A DNA stretch of 64,000 nucleotides, taken from NCBI GenBank assembly GCA_963720545.1, contig OY970399.1:3424001-3488000 (forward strand). The letters are read 5' to 3'. The stretch comes from an uncultured Acidobacteriota bacterium (GTDB taxonomy: Bacteria > Acidobacteriota > Vicinamibacteria > Fen-336). The notes under the pieces are model-generated. The model ran no database searches. It saw nothing but the letters and a program-made list of their open reading frames with translations, and was not told where the DNA came from. How positions within the stretch are numbered: position 1 is the stretch's first letter; every line of letters begins with the position of its first letter. Positions 28,948-37,650 of this stretch are shown here, in pieces. A program made the translations under genes and the position numbers.

Positions 28948-29681
28948 TAGATCTCGAGCCGGGAAAAGATGCTCGACGGGATGGCGCGCAGGATCGCCAT
29001 GACCAGCCGCCAGCGCTCCGGCACGTAGGCCGTCTGCCGCCGGCCGCGCGCCGCCTTCAGGATGAGCGCCGCGGCGCGCTCGGCCGAAATCACCATCGGC
29101 AGCCTCGCGAGGCCGGCGGTCATCGGTGTCGCCACCGGGCCCGGCTTCACCGTCAGCACGCGCACCCCGCGCTGGCGCAAGCGGTTGCGCAGCGCTTCGA
29201 GATAGTGCGCGAGCGCCGCCTTGGACGCCCCGTAGACCGGCTGGCCGCGCCGGCCGCGGTCGCCGGCGACCGAACCGATGCCGATGATGGTGCCGGCCCC
29301 GGCCGCCGCGAAGCGCTGCGCGGCCTCGTTGAGCCAGGCGACGGCGCCGCTCACGTTGACCGCGATGATCTCGCTGTCTTTCACGAACTCGTAGTCGGTC
29401 GAGCCGATGCGCGGCATCACCCCGGCGGCATACACCACGGTATCGAGCCCGCCCAGGTCGCGGCAGATCGCCTGGAAGAGCGCCGGCACCGCCGCGGTGT
29501 CCGCGACGTCGTGGCTGTAGGCGCGCACCCGGCCCGCGCCCGCGGCGGCCTCCTGCAGCGCCGCCAGCCGCTCTGCGCTGCGGCCCACGGCGGCCACGTC
29601 GCAGCCACTGGCGGCGAGCCGGCGGCAAAGCGCTTCCCCGATGCCCGAAGAGCCGCCGATGACGATGGTGCGCTGGAACAC
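28947..29681 (-). CDS. Short-chain dehydrogenase, DprE2-like
   Basis: GGSSGIG, SVAGDRGR, YGASK, VKPGPVATPMT; coupled to the DprE1-like gene. Confidence 0.8.
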   Translation of the reverse strand: MFQRTIVIGGSSGIGEALCRRLAASGCDVAAVGRSAERLAALQEAAAGAGRVRAYSHDVADTAAVPALFQAICRDLGGLDTVVYAAGVMPRIGSTDYEFVKDSEIIAVNVSGAVAWLNEAAQRFAAAGAGTIIGIGSVAGDRGRRGQPVYGASKAALAHYLEALRNRLRQRGVRVLTVKPGPVATPMTAGLARLPMVISAERAAALILKAARGRRQTAYVPERWRLVMAILRAIPSSIFSRLEI

Positions 29682-30913
29682 TACTCGCGCGGCATCTCGG
29701 GCCGGCCGAGAAGGAAGCCCTGGCCGTGCTCGACGTTCAAGGCGGTGAGTGCCTGGAGCTCGTCCTCACTGGTGATGCCCTCGGCGATGATGCGTGCGCC
29801 GATGCCTTCGCCCATGGCGATGATGGCCTTCACCATCTCACGGTTGACGGCGGTCGAATGGATGTCGCGCACCAGCGAGATGTCGATCTTGAGGAACGAC
29901 GGCTTGAGGCGCGAGATCGACTCGAGGCCGGAGTAGCCGGCGCCGACGTCGTCGACCGCGAACGACATGCCGAGGTCGGAGTAGTAGTCCATCGCCTCGC
30001 GGAACAGGCTGTAGTTCTCGATCACCAGCTTCTCCGTGATCTCGATCACGATGCGGTCGGGAGCCACCTGCGCCTTCTCCAGGAAGTCGATCAGCGGCTT
30101 GCCGCGGAAGTCCGGCTCGCGAATGGTCGACGGCAGCGCGTTGATGAAGATCTTGCAGTTGGAGGGAATGCGCGAGGAGGAGAGCAGCGCCTGCTTGCGG
30201 CAAAGCCGGTCGAGCTCGGACGACAGGCTGAAGCGCCCCGCCGTGCCGAACAGCGTGTCGGCCGACTCGAGGCCGGTGCCGCGGCTGCCGCGCGACAGCG
30301 CCTCATAGCCGAGCAGGGAGCGGTCGGCAAGCCTGTAGATCGGCTGGTAGGCGGTGACGATGCGCTCGCGCGCCAGCAGGTCGTAGACCTTTTCCTGCGC
30401 CAGCAGGTCGTCGGCAGTGCGCAGGTGCGTGGCGGTGTGCAGCGCCTGGCGAAAGGCGCGGCTCACGATGTGCTCGATGTGCACCAGCGGGTTGTACATC
30501 GCGACCGCGTAGCCGGTGTTCACGTGTCGCGAGGAGTGCAGGTAGGGGAACGCGGCGCGCTCGATGGTTGCGATCAGGCCGGTGGCGAAGCGGGTGCGCG
30601 CGGCGCGCGCATCGGCCGGCGTCAGCGCCAGCGCCTTGCGGCGCTTCGGCCCCATGAAGATCATCAGGCGCAGGCCGCGCGGCTGGTCGAGACAGACGAT
30701 GTCGTCGAGCCGGTAGTCCTTGCCGTTCTGCTCCTTGAGGATCGTGAACATGCGCTGGCGCACTTCGTCGTAGGCCTGGGTGCCGTATTCGTCCTGGATG
30801 GCGGCGAACGGCGAGAAGTCGGTGACCACCAGGCCGATGCTGCCACGCTCCGCGAAATCCGCCGCGATCTGCGGCAGAACCTCGTGAAACGGCGGGAAGG
30901 GCTCGCGTGTCAT
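29681..30913 (-). CDS. EAL-domain phosphodiesterase with a degenerate GGDEF-like N-terminus
   Basis: YQPI, GYEALSR, FIN, EITE, DDVGAGYS, KID, AEGI, GQGFLLGRP. N-terminal DFSPFAAIQDEYG lacks a GGDEF motif. Confidence 0.88.
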   Translation of the reverse strand: MTREPFPPFHEVLPQIAADFAERGSIGLVVTDFSPFAAIQDEYGTQAYDEVRQRMFTILKEQNGKDYRLDDIVCLDQPRGLRLMIFMGPKRRKALALTPADARAARTRFATGLIATIERAAFPYLHSSRHVNTGYAVAMYNPLVHIEHIVSRAFRQALHTATHLRTADDLLAQEKVYDLLARERIVTAYQPIYRLADRSLLGYEALSRGSRGTGLESADTLFGTAGRFSLSSELDRLCRKQALLSSSRIPSNCKIFINALPSTIREPDFRGKPLIDFLEKAQVAPDRIVIEITEKLVIENYSLFREAMDYYSDLGMSFAVDDVGAGYSGLESISRLKPSFLKIDISLVRDIHSTAVNREMVKAIIAMGEGIGARIIAEGITSEDELQALTALNVEHGQGFLLGRPEMPRE

Positions 30914-31023
30914 GGTGTTGGCGGCGTCGTGGGCTTTGGCGGTGCGATAATACCGACCTCGCCGAGCCCCGCCAAACCCGGCGGCGGCAGAGGTTGCGAG
31001 AGATCACCAAACAGCGAGAGGCC

Positions 31024-31140
31024 ATGAGCCAGAGAATGCAAGAGATCCGCCGCCGCCGCCAGCGCCGCGAGAAGGCCCTGAAGGCCAGGCGCCGGGAGGC
31101 CCGGGCCGCCGCCGCCAAGAAGCCAGCAGCCAAGCGCTAG
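31024..31140 (+). CDS. 38-aa very basic small protein (DUF6800-like)
   Basis: MSQRMQEIRRRRQRREKALKARRREARAAAAKKPAAKR; GAGAG before the ATG; GC3-biased codons. Confidence 0.65.
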   Translation: MSQRMQEIRRRRQRREKALKARRREARAAAAKKPAAKR

Positions 31141-31163
31141 CCGTCAAAGGCCCAGGAAGCCGC

Positions 31164-32369
31164 TTGCAACTGCCCGCGTTCGCGGCCGCCTTCCGCGCCC
31201 CGGGCTTCAGGCGCCTGTGGATCGGGGCGTTCCTCAGCAGCGTCGGCACCTGGACCCAGGACGTGGCGCTCGCCTGGCTCGTCCACCAGCGCTTCGGCGA
31301 CCCGCGCTACCTCGGGTACCGCTCGTTCGCCGCCGAGGCGCCGCTGCTCGCCTTCATGCTGCTGGGCGGCGCGCGCGCCGATCGCGGCGACCGCAAGAAG
31401 ATACTGCTGGGCTCGCAGGTGGCGCAGATGGCATGCGCTGTGGCGCTCGCGGCGATGTACGCGACCGACACCCTGAGCATCGCCGCCATCCTGGTGCTCG
31501 CTGTGCTCGCCGGGCTGGCGCAGTCGCAGTCGGCGCCGACCTACCAGGCGACGCTCACGAGCCTGGTGCCGCGCGCGCACATCCAGAGCGCCGTCGGACT
31601 GAACTCGCTGCAGTTCAACCTGTCGCGCGCGCTCGGTCCGGCGGTCGCCGCGGTGCTGCTGGCCTCGGCCGGCGCGGGCGTTTGCTTCGGCGTGAATGCG
31701 CTGTCGTTCGTCGCGGTCATCATCGCCATCGCCGGCCTCGACCTGCCGAAGGCGCCGGTCGCGCCGGCCGAGAGCGTGCTGAAGAGCCTCTCGCTCGCCT
31801 GGGACCAGGTGGCGCTCTCGCCGCAGCTGCGGGTGCTGGTGCTGCTCGGCGCTGCCGGCAGCCTGCTCGGTTTCCCATTCATCACCTACCTGCCGGTCGT
31901 CGCCACCCGCCTCGGCGAGGGCGCCGCCGGGTTCGGCCTGCTGATGGCGAGCTTCGGCGCCGGCGCCATCGTTGGCGCCGTCGTGACCGCGCAGCAGGGC
32001 CCGAAGCCGGGCCGCGGCATCCGCACGCTCATCGCCTTTGCGTGCTGCGGGGCAGGCGCGGCAGGAGCCGCCGCAAGCCCGTGGGCATGGCTCACCGCCT
32101 GCCTGCTGCCGCTCACCGGTTTTTCGATGGTGGTTGCGCTCTCGACGGTCAACTCGCTGGTGCAGGAGAACGCGCCCGATGCCTTCCGCGGACGGGTGCT
32201 CGCAATCTTCGGCCTCGCGTTCCGCGGTGGCGGCCCGGTTGGCAGCCTGGCGGCCGGGTTTCTCGTCAAGGCCTTTGGCGTCGCACCGGTGCTGGCGGGG
32301 TTCGGCGCCTGCCTCGCGATCTTTTCCGCGATTGTGTTCTGGAAGGGAAACGCCTTTCGCCGGCTGTAG
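31164..32369 (+). CDS. MFS transporter (DHA3/H+ antiporter-like)
   Basis: FRRLWIG..SSVGTWTQ, GGARADRGDRKK, NLSRALGP, FRGRV; ~12 TM. Confidence 0.9.
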   Translation: MQLPAFAAAFRAPGFRRLWIGAFLSSVGTWTQDVALAWLVHQRFGDPRYLGYRSFAAEAPLLAFMLLGGARADRGDRKKILLGSQVAQMACAVALAAMYATDTLSIAAILVLAVLAGLAQSQSAPTYQATLTSLVPRAHIQSAVGLNSLQFNLSRALGPAVAAVLLASAGAGVCFGVNALSFVAVIIAIAGLDLPKAPVAPAESVLKSLSLAWDQVALSPQLRVLVLLGAAGSLLGFPFITYLPVVATRLGEGAAGFGLLMASFGAGAIVGAVVTAQQGPKPGRGIRTLIAFACCGAGAAGAAASPWAWLTACLLPLTGFSMVVALSTVNSLVQENAPDAFRGRVLAIFGLAFRGGGPVGSLAAGFLVKAFGVAPVLAGFGACLAIFSAIVFWKGNAFRRL

Positions 32370-32384
32370 TATGCTGCCTCTCCC

Positions 32385-32573
32385 ATGGCCGACGGCCTCA
32401 CCACCAACCGCGGACGATCTCCCAGGCAGCAGCCTCAAGCGGGCACGTATGCACCGGGAACGTACCTGCGATGCGGTTCGTGTGGCAGGCTGCTGCGGAT
32501 CGACTGGCCGACGCGGAGCATCGTCTGCTCGTGCGGCGCGCGCATAAACCCCGGGGGAACCTCGGCGAAGTAG
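32385..32573 (+). CDS. Small putative zinc-ribbon protein
   Basis: CGSC-x14-CSC motif; TATGCT 9 nt upstream of the ATG; stop lies 1 nt before the next gene. Confidence 0.5.
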   Translation: MADGLTTNRGRSPRQQPQAGTYAPGTYLRCGSCGRLLRIDWPTRSIVCSCGARINPGGTSAK

Positions 32574-32574
32574 A

Positions 32575-35070
32575 GTGAGCGGCCGCCGCAGCCTGCCACT
32601 CGATGCGCTTGTCGTGCCGGGCCTGCTGGCCCTGATCGCGCACGACCTGTTCCTGTTCGACCCGATTCGTGTCATCGCCTGGCGCTGGCTGCACGACGAA
32701 CGGCTGGCCCTTGCCCTGCCGAGGTTCCTGCGAGCACTGGCACCCGCGCCGCTGCCGGGCTGGGACCGCGATCCTGTCGCCGCGGTGCTGGCGCTGCTGA
32801 TGCTGTCGATCGGCTTCGCCTACTTCGCCCTGGGCCGCGCCGGCGCCCCGCCGCGCTGGCGGGCGCTGCTCATTGCCCTGGCCGCGGCGCTGCTGGTGGT
32901 GCTGCCGACGCTCGCGCTCATCGAGATGGGATGGATCACGCAACGTCCCTACGGCCAGGACGGCGGCGTCGTGCAGCTGCCGCTCGCGATGGACAAGCTC
33001 ATGGCGGGGCAGTCGCCTTACGGCGCCGACTATTCCGACTCGATCCTCGGCAAGGAAGCGCGCGCGTCCGGATTCTGGGCGCAGTTCGGCGAGAACCCGA
33101 TCCTGCATCATCACGCGTACCTGCCGGGCACGCACATCCTGATGGCCCCCTGGTATCTCCTGGGCCGGGCTACGGGCGCTCCCTTCGATCCGCGCGTGGT
33201 GACGCTATTGGCATTCATCCTGGCGGTGTTTGCCGCCGCGATGATTCCGCGCGACCCGCCGTCGCGCCTCGCCGCCGCCGCCTGCGTCGCCCTCAACCCG
33301 CTCATCTACTGGCATCAGGTGTTCGGAGCCAACGACGTGCTGGTGCTGGCGCTGCTCCTCGGCGCGGTCGCGCTCGGCGGACAGGGCCGTCGGGTGGGTG
33401 CCGCGACGTTGCTGGGACTCGCGTGTGCCACCAAGCAGCTGGCCTGGCCGTTCGCGCCGTTCCTGGTCCTGTCGCTGGCGGAGGTCGATTCCCTGATCCA
33501 GCTGCGGTCGCCGGCGGGCCGTGCGCGCCTCTTCAGAATCCTTGCTTACGCCGGCGGGGTCTTCATCGCAGTGGTGGCGCCGGTCGTGGCGCTCGATCCG
33601 GGCGCCTTCTGGATGGACGTTTTCGGTTACAACGTCGGGCTGCGCGGCGCCGGCAGTTATCCGCTCGGCGGCACTCCGGGCTTCGGCTTCGCCAACTTCC
33701 TCATTTACTTCGGCGCTGTCTCGAGCCTGACCGACTACTTTCCGTTCGGCATCTTCTATTTGTTGTTCATACCGCTGGGCCTGTTCCTCGTGACACGCCA
33801 ATGGCGGCACAATGTCCCCGCCGCGGCGCTCGTGTGGGGGAGTGCCGCGCTCCTCGCATCCATCTACTTCTCGCGCGTGGCCCACCCCAACTACCTCGTG
33901 CTCGTCGCCGGCGCGCTGCCCGTCGGAGTGCTGGCGGGACGCCGCTTCAGTGCCGACACGGCCGTCGTACCGCTTGCGCTCCTCGCCACCGCGGTGGCGA
34001 TCATCGGCGGCCAGGTCTACGAAGCGAGCTGGGGCGACGCGGTCGCGTCCCGCCTGCCGCAATGGACCACCGGTGTTGTCGGCGCGCTGCTGCCGCGCGC
34101 GGGGCCGAAGCTCACGCTCGACCCGATCGGCCTTGGCGTTGCCGCGCTCGCCGCCGGGGCCGCCCTCGTCTACCTGGTCGCCGCCGCGTCCGGACTGCCG
34201 CGGCGTACTCGCCTCGCGATCATTGGCGCCGCTTCGCTCGCGGTGGTGGTGCTGCCGACCCTGCTGCTCGAGCGCACGGCACGCGCATCCGGAATCGTAC
34301 GCGCGGAGTATGGCTGGACGGCCAGCGTTGCCGCTCGCGACACAACGACGCGCGAGGCCTGGAGCCGCAGCTTCCAGCGCGATCCGCCGGGCGAGATGCT
34401 CGCGTCCGGCGAGGACCCGGCGGCGAACGGCTCGGTGCTCGACGCCTGGCTGCGCTCCGCGGCGCGCGTGATGCGCAGCTCGCCGGTCGTCGATTCGCGC
34501 CCCCTGCTGCTCGCGGCGCTTGCGCTCGGTGTCGTGTTCCTGGTGCGCGCAACCCCGCCCGCGCAGCAGCCGCTGGTGCTCGGCTTCGCGCTGTTGGCGC
34601 CGTTCACTGCGCTGGGCGTGCCGTTCGGTTCGGGCGAGTGGCTGGTGATAGCAGCGGTGCTGTTGACGCTGTTCGTGGTGCCGCCACGCATCGCACCGCT
34701 GCTGCTCGTCGCCGGTTTTCTGCATCAGGTTCAACAGCTGCCGCTGGCACGTCCGGAGACAGGTTTCGCAGCGCTCTACGCCTATCGCGCACGCGCCGAC
34801 TGGCAGACGGCCACGCTGGTCCTCGCCACCGCCCTGATGAGCGCAGTGGGCCTGCTCGCCGCGTTCGGCAGCATCTGGCTGTGGCTCCGGCCGGCGGCTT
34901 GGGCGCGCCCGCGCGTCGTGACGTTGACCGCCGCGGTTTTGTGGCTCGCCGCACTCGCGGCGCCCGGCGCAACGCCGATGTACGCGTTCGCGCCGCTCCT
35001 CCTGCTGCTGGTACACTATGCGTCCCCGCCCAGAGCCGGAGTGGTGGAATTGGCAGACACGCACGTTTGA
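32575..35070 (+). CDS. Polytopic membrane protein, GT-C (GT87-like) glycosyltransferase with a degenerate tandem duplication
   Basis: [32 protein letters not shown] are GT87-like; the second half repeats the first-half helices. Confidence 0.7.
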   Translation: MSGRRSLPLDALVVPGLLALIAHDLFLFDPIRVIAWRWLHDERLALALPRFLRALAPAPLPGWDRDPVAAVLALLMLSIGFAYFALGRAGAPPRWRALLIALAAALLVVLPTLALIEMGWITQRPYGQDGGVVQLPLAMDKLMAGQSPYGADYSDSILGKEARASGFWAQFGENPILHHHAYLPGTHILMAPWYLLGRATGAPFDPRVVTLLAFILAVFAAAMIPRDPPSRLAAAACVALNPLIYWHQVFGANDVLVLALLLGAVALGGQGRRVGAATLLGLACATKQLAWPFAPFLVLSLAEVDSLIQLRSPAGRARLFRILAYAGGVFIAVVAPVVALDPGAFWMDVFGYNVGLRGAGSYPLGGTPGFGFANFLIYFGAVSSLTDYFPFGIFYLLFIPLGLFLVTRQWRHNVPAAALVWGSAALLASIYFSRVAHPNYLVLVAGALPVGVLAGRRFSADTAVVPLALLATAVAIIGGQVYEASWGDAVASRLPQWTTGVVGALLPRAGPKLTLDPIGLGVAALAAGAALVYLVAAASGLPRRTRLAIIGAASLAVVVLPTLLLERTARASGIVRAEYGWTASVAARDTTTREAWSRSFQRDPPGEMLASGEDPAANGSVLDAWLRSAARVMRSSPVVDSRPLLLAALALGVVFLVRATPPAQQPLVLGFALLAPFTALGVPFGSGEWLVIAAVLLTLFVVPPRIAPLLLVAGFLHQVQQLPLARPETGFAALYAYRARADWQTATLVLATALMSAVGLLAAFGSIWLWLRPAAWARPRVVTLTAAVLWLAALAAPGATPMYAFAPLLLLLVHYASPPRAGVVELADTHV

Positions 35071-35119
35071 GGGGCGTGTGGGGAAACCCATGCGGGTTCG
35101 AGTCCCGCCTCCGGCACCA
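35035..35119 (+). tRNA. tRNA-Leu(GAG)
   Basis: Acceptor GCCGGAG/CTCCGGC+ACCA, D-loop TGGCAGAC, anticodon arm CACGT-TTGAGGG-GCGTG, long variable arm, GGTTCGAGTCC. Confidence 0.95.
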
Positions 35120-35195
35120 CCCCGCTTCTGAATCGTTTTCCCGAGGGACTGCGTCGCTTGCGCTGGCCCCGAGGGATCTCTGGTAGAACCCCTCA

Positions 35196-36047
35196 ATGCT
35201 TTCACTGCTTGTTGCTGCCGCGCTTGCGGCCGTGCCGGGGCATCCGACGGTCGCGTTCCTGACCGACTTCGGGGTGCGCAGCGAATCGGTCGCGACCTGC
35301 AAGGCGGTGATGCTCGGCATCGCGCCGTCGCTCACGATCGTGGACGTCACGCACGAAGTGCCGCCGTTCGACATCGCCACCGGCGCCGTGCTGCTCGAGC
35401 GCACCGTCAAGTATTTTCCGCGCGGCACGGTGTTCGTGGCGGTGGTCGACCCCGGCGTCGGCACCAGCCGCCGCGCGATCGCGGCGCGCACGCGCGCCGG
35501 CCACGTCCTGGTCGGGCCCGACAACGGCGTGTTGTCGCTGGCGCTGGCGAAGGAAGGTGCGATTGAGGTTCGCGAGCTGACGAACCGCGCGCTCTTCAAC
35601 CGGCTCGACCCGGTGTCCGGCATCTTCCATGGCCGCGACGTGTTCTCCCCAGTCGCTGCGCACCTCGCGCGCGGCGAGGCGTTCGCATCGGTCGGGCCGG
35701 TGGCGGCCGAATGGGTGAAGCTGCCACAGGCCCCGGCCGAACAGCAGCCCGGGAAGCTGCGCGGCGAGGCGACGCTCCTCGACCTCGCCTTCGGCAACAT
35801 CGCCACGAACATCCCGGCGGGCTTCGCCGAGTCGGCCGGCTTCCACCCGGGCGACGCGGTTTCGGTCACGATCGGCGGGCGCACCCAGGACGGCCGCTTC
35901 GCGCGCACCTTTGGCGAGGTGGCGGTTGGCGAACTCGTGGTCTATCCCGAAGATCAGGGCTTCATCGGCGTCGCGCTGCGCGAAGGCGACCTGGTGAAAG
36001 CGCTTCAGGTCGCGCGCGGCGCCGCGGTCGCGATCGTTCGCAAGTAG
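35196..36047 (+). CDS. DUF62 SAM hydroxide adenosyltransferase (SAM hydrolase)-family protein with N-terminal signal peptide
   Basis: LTDFG, VVDPGVGTSRR, GPDNG, FHGRDVF, FGNIATN; hydrophobic N-terminus MLSLLVAAALAA. Confidence 0.85.
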   Translation: MLSLLVAAALAAVPGHPTVAFLTDFGVRSESVATCKAVMLGIAPSLTIVDVTHEVPPFDIATGAVLLERTVKYFPRGTVFVAVVDPGVGTSRRAIAARTRAGHVLVGPDNGVLSLALAKEGAIEVRELTNRALFNRLDPVSGIFHGRDVFSPVAAHLARGEAFASVGPVAAEWVKLPQAPAEQQPGKLRGEATLLDLAFGNIATNIPAGFAESAGFHPGDAVSVTIGGRTQDGRFARTFGEVAVGELVVYPEDQGFIGVALREGDLVKALQVARGAAVAIVRK

Positions 36048-36060
36048 CCAGGGCGCTACT

Positions 36061-37650
36061 TCAGGCCTTCAGGCTCGCGAGTTCCTTGGCGATGACGCGT
36101 GCGGCGTTGCGGCCGGGCAGGCCGGTGATGCCGCCGCCCGGATGCGTGCCGGCGCTGCTCAGGAACAGGCCCTCGATAGGCGTGCGATAGGCCGGCCAGC
36201 CCCAGAGCGGACGCATGGTGAAGAGCTGGTCGAGAGCGTGCTCGCCGTGGTCGGGATGGCCGCCGGTGAGCCCGTATTGCGTCTCGAAGTCTTCCGGAGT
36301 CAGCACCTCGACATGCTCGACGAGGCTGCGCAGCCCGGGAGCGTGCGCCTCGAGGACCCGCAACGTGCGCTCGGCGATCGCGGCGCGCCGCTCCGCGGCC
36401 GGCACCGTGGCGCGCAGCTTGCGCGGTGTGTACTGCACGTACGCCGAGAGCACGTGCGCGCCGGCCGGCGCCAGCGACGGATCGCTGAGCGTCGGGATGG
36501 TGAACTCGACATACGGCGACTCGCTGTCGGCGCCGTACTTCCAGGCGTCGTAGGCGCGCTCCAGGTAGTCGATCTCGTGGCCCGCCTGCACCCGGCCGCG
36601 CAGGGCGGCCGCTTCGGCAACGCCGCTGAAGCGCGGCAGGTCGCGCAGCGCGAGGTGCACCTTCGAAGCCATGCCGCTCGCGCGGTAGCAGGAGATCTGG
36701 TGATGCTCTTCGGGATCGAGGAGCGCCGGCTCGATCAGGTCGAGCATGGTGCGCTTCGGGTCGGCCCCGGAAACGACCGCAAGGCTCTCGAGCTGTTCGC
36801 CGTTGTCGAGCACGACACCGCGTGCCCGGCCGTTCGCCACGACGATCCGGGCCACGCCCGCACCGGTGCGGATGGTGACGCCGGCGCCGGTGGCTGCGGC
36901 CGCCAGGGCGTCGGCCACCGCTCCCAGTCCGCCGCGCACGAGTGCGGGTGCGCTGAGCGCCCGGCCGCCCGCCCACGACGACCGGAACAGCAGGTTGGCG
37001 GTGGTGCCCGCAGACCATGGGCCGGCCGCGACGCCGGTGATGCCGCGCGCGGCGATCGCCGCGGTGAGCAGCGGCGTCTCGAACCATTCCTGCGCGAAGT
37101 CGGCGACCGCCATCGGCAGCCAGCGCAGCGCGTTCTGGCCGTCCACGCGGCCGAGCCGCCGAAACGACAGGCCGAGCCCCGCCATCGGCAGCAGCTCGCG
37201 CATCCGGATGGCGTTGACGTCGGGCGGAGTGGCGAGCGACGCCTTCTCGAGGATGGCGCAGATGCGGCCCACGGCCTTCTCGAACTCGGGCCAGCGCTGC
37301 GCGTCGCGCGGCGAGAACACCGCCAGGCCGTCCACGGTGCGCTTGGCGTCGCCGTAGATGCTGAGCGGCTCGCCGCTCGGGTTCAGCACGGTGAGCGACG
37401 GCTCGGAGCGGATCCACTCGATGGCGCCCTCGATGCCCAGCTCCTTCACGACGACGGGATGCAGCGGCCCCGCGGTGTGCGCGACCGACGAGACCTTGAA
37501 CCCCGGATGGAACTCGTCGGTGGTGGCCGCGCCGCCCACCTTGGCGCGCTTCTCCACCACCACGACGCTCTTGCCGCCACGCGCCAGCAGCGTTGCTGCC
37601 ACCAGGCCGTTGTGGCCGCCGCCGACGACAATGACGTCCACGCGGCTCAC
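36061..37650 (-). CDS. Phytoene dehydrogenase-like (COG1233) FAD oxidoreductase, copy 2
   Basis: VVGGGHNGLVAA, GLTGGHPDHGE, YRTPIEGLFL, THPGGGITGLPG; GTG at 37650. Confidence 0.88.
   Translation of the reverse strand: MSRVDVIVVGGGHNGLVAATLLARGGKSVVVVEKRAKVGGAATTDEFHPGFKVSSVAHTAGPLHPVVVKELGIEGAIEWIRSEPSLTVLNPSGEPLSIYGDAKRTVDGLAVFSPRDAQRWPEFEKAVGRICAILEKASLATPPDVNAIRMRELLPMAGLGLSFRRLGRVDGQNALRWLPMAVADFAQEWFETPLLTAAIAARGITGVAAGPWSAGTTANLLFRSSWAGGRALSAPALVRGGLGAVADALAAAATGAGVTIRTGAGVARIVVANGRARGVVLDNGEQLESLAVVSGADPKRTMLDLIEPALLDPEEHHQISCYRASGMASKVHLALRDLPRFSGVAEAAALRGRVQAGHEIDYLERAYDAWKYGADSESPYVEFTIPTLSDPSLAPAGAHVLSAYVQYTPRKLRATVPAAERRAAIAERTLRVLEAHAPGLRSLVEHVEVLTPEDFETQYGLTGGHPDHGEHALDQLFTMRPLWGWPAYRTPIEGLFLSSAGTHPGGGITGLPGRNAARVIAKELASLKA

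Noticed and set aside
27511..29628. Track's 705-aa version of the FAD oxidase, and similar N-terminal extensions of pgpA, cinA, gpsA, ribD, rpsP, rplS, rfbA, rfbC
   Set aside because: The extensions overlap upstream genes in another frame; recognisable protein sequence begins at the downstream starts used above.
35196..36047. Calling the DUF62 protein a fluorinase/chlorinase, and linking it with the dehalogenase-like gene as a halogen cycle
   Set aside because: It has the hydrolase-type Asp-Arg-His features (FHGRD); the two genes are 26 kb apart with no evidence of linkage.
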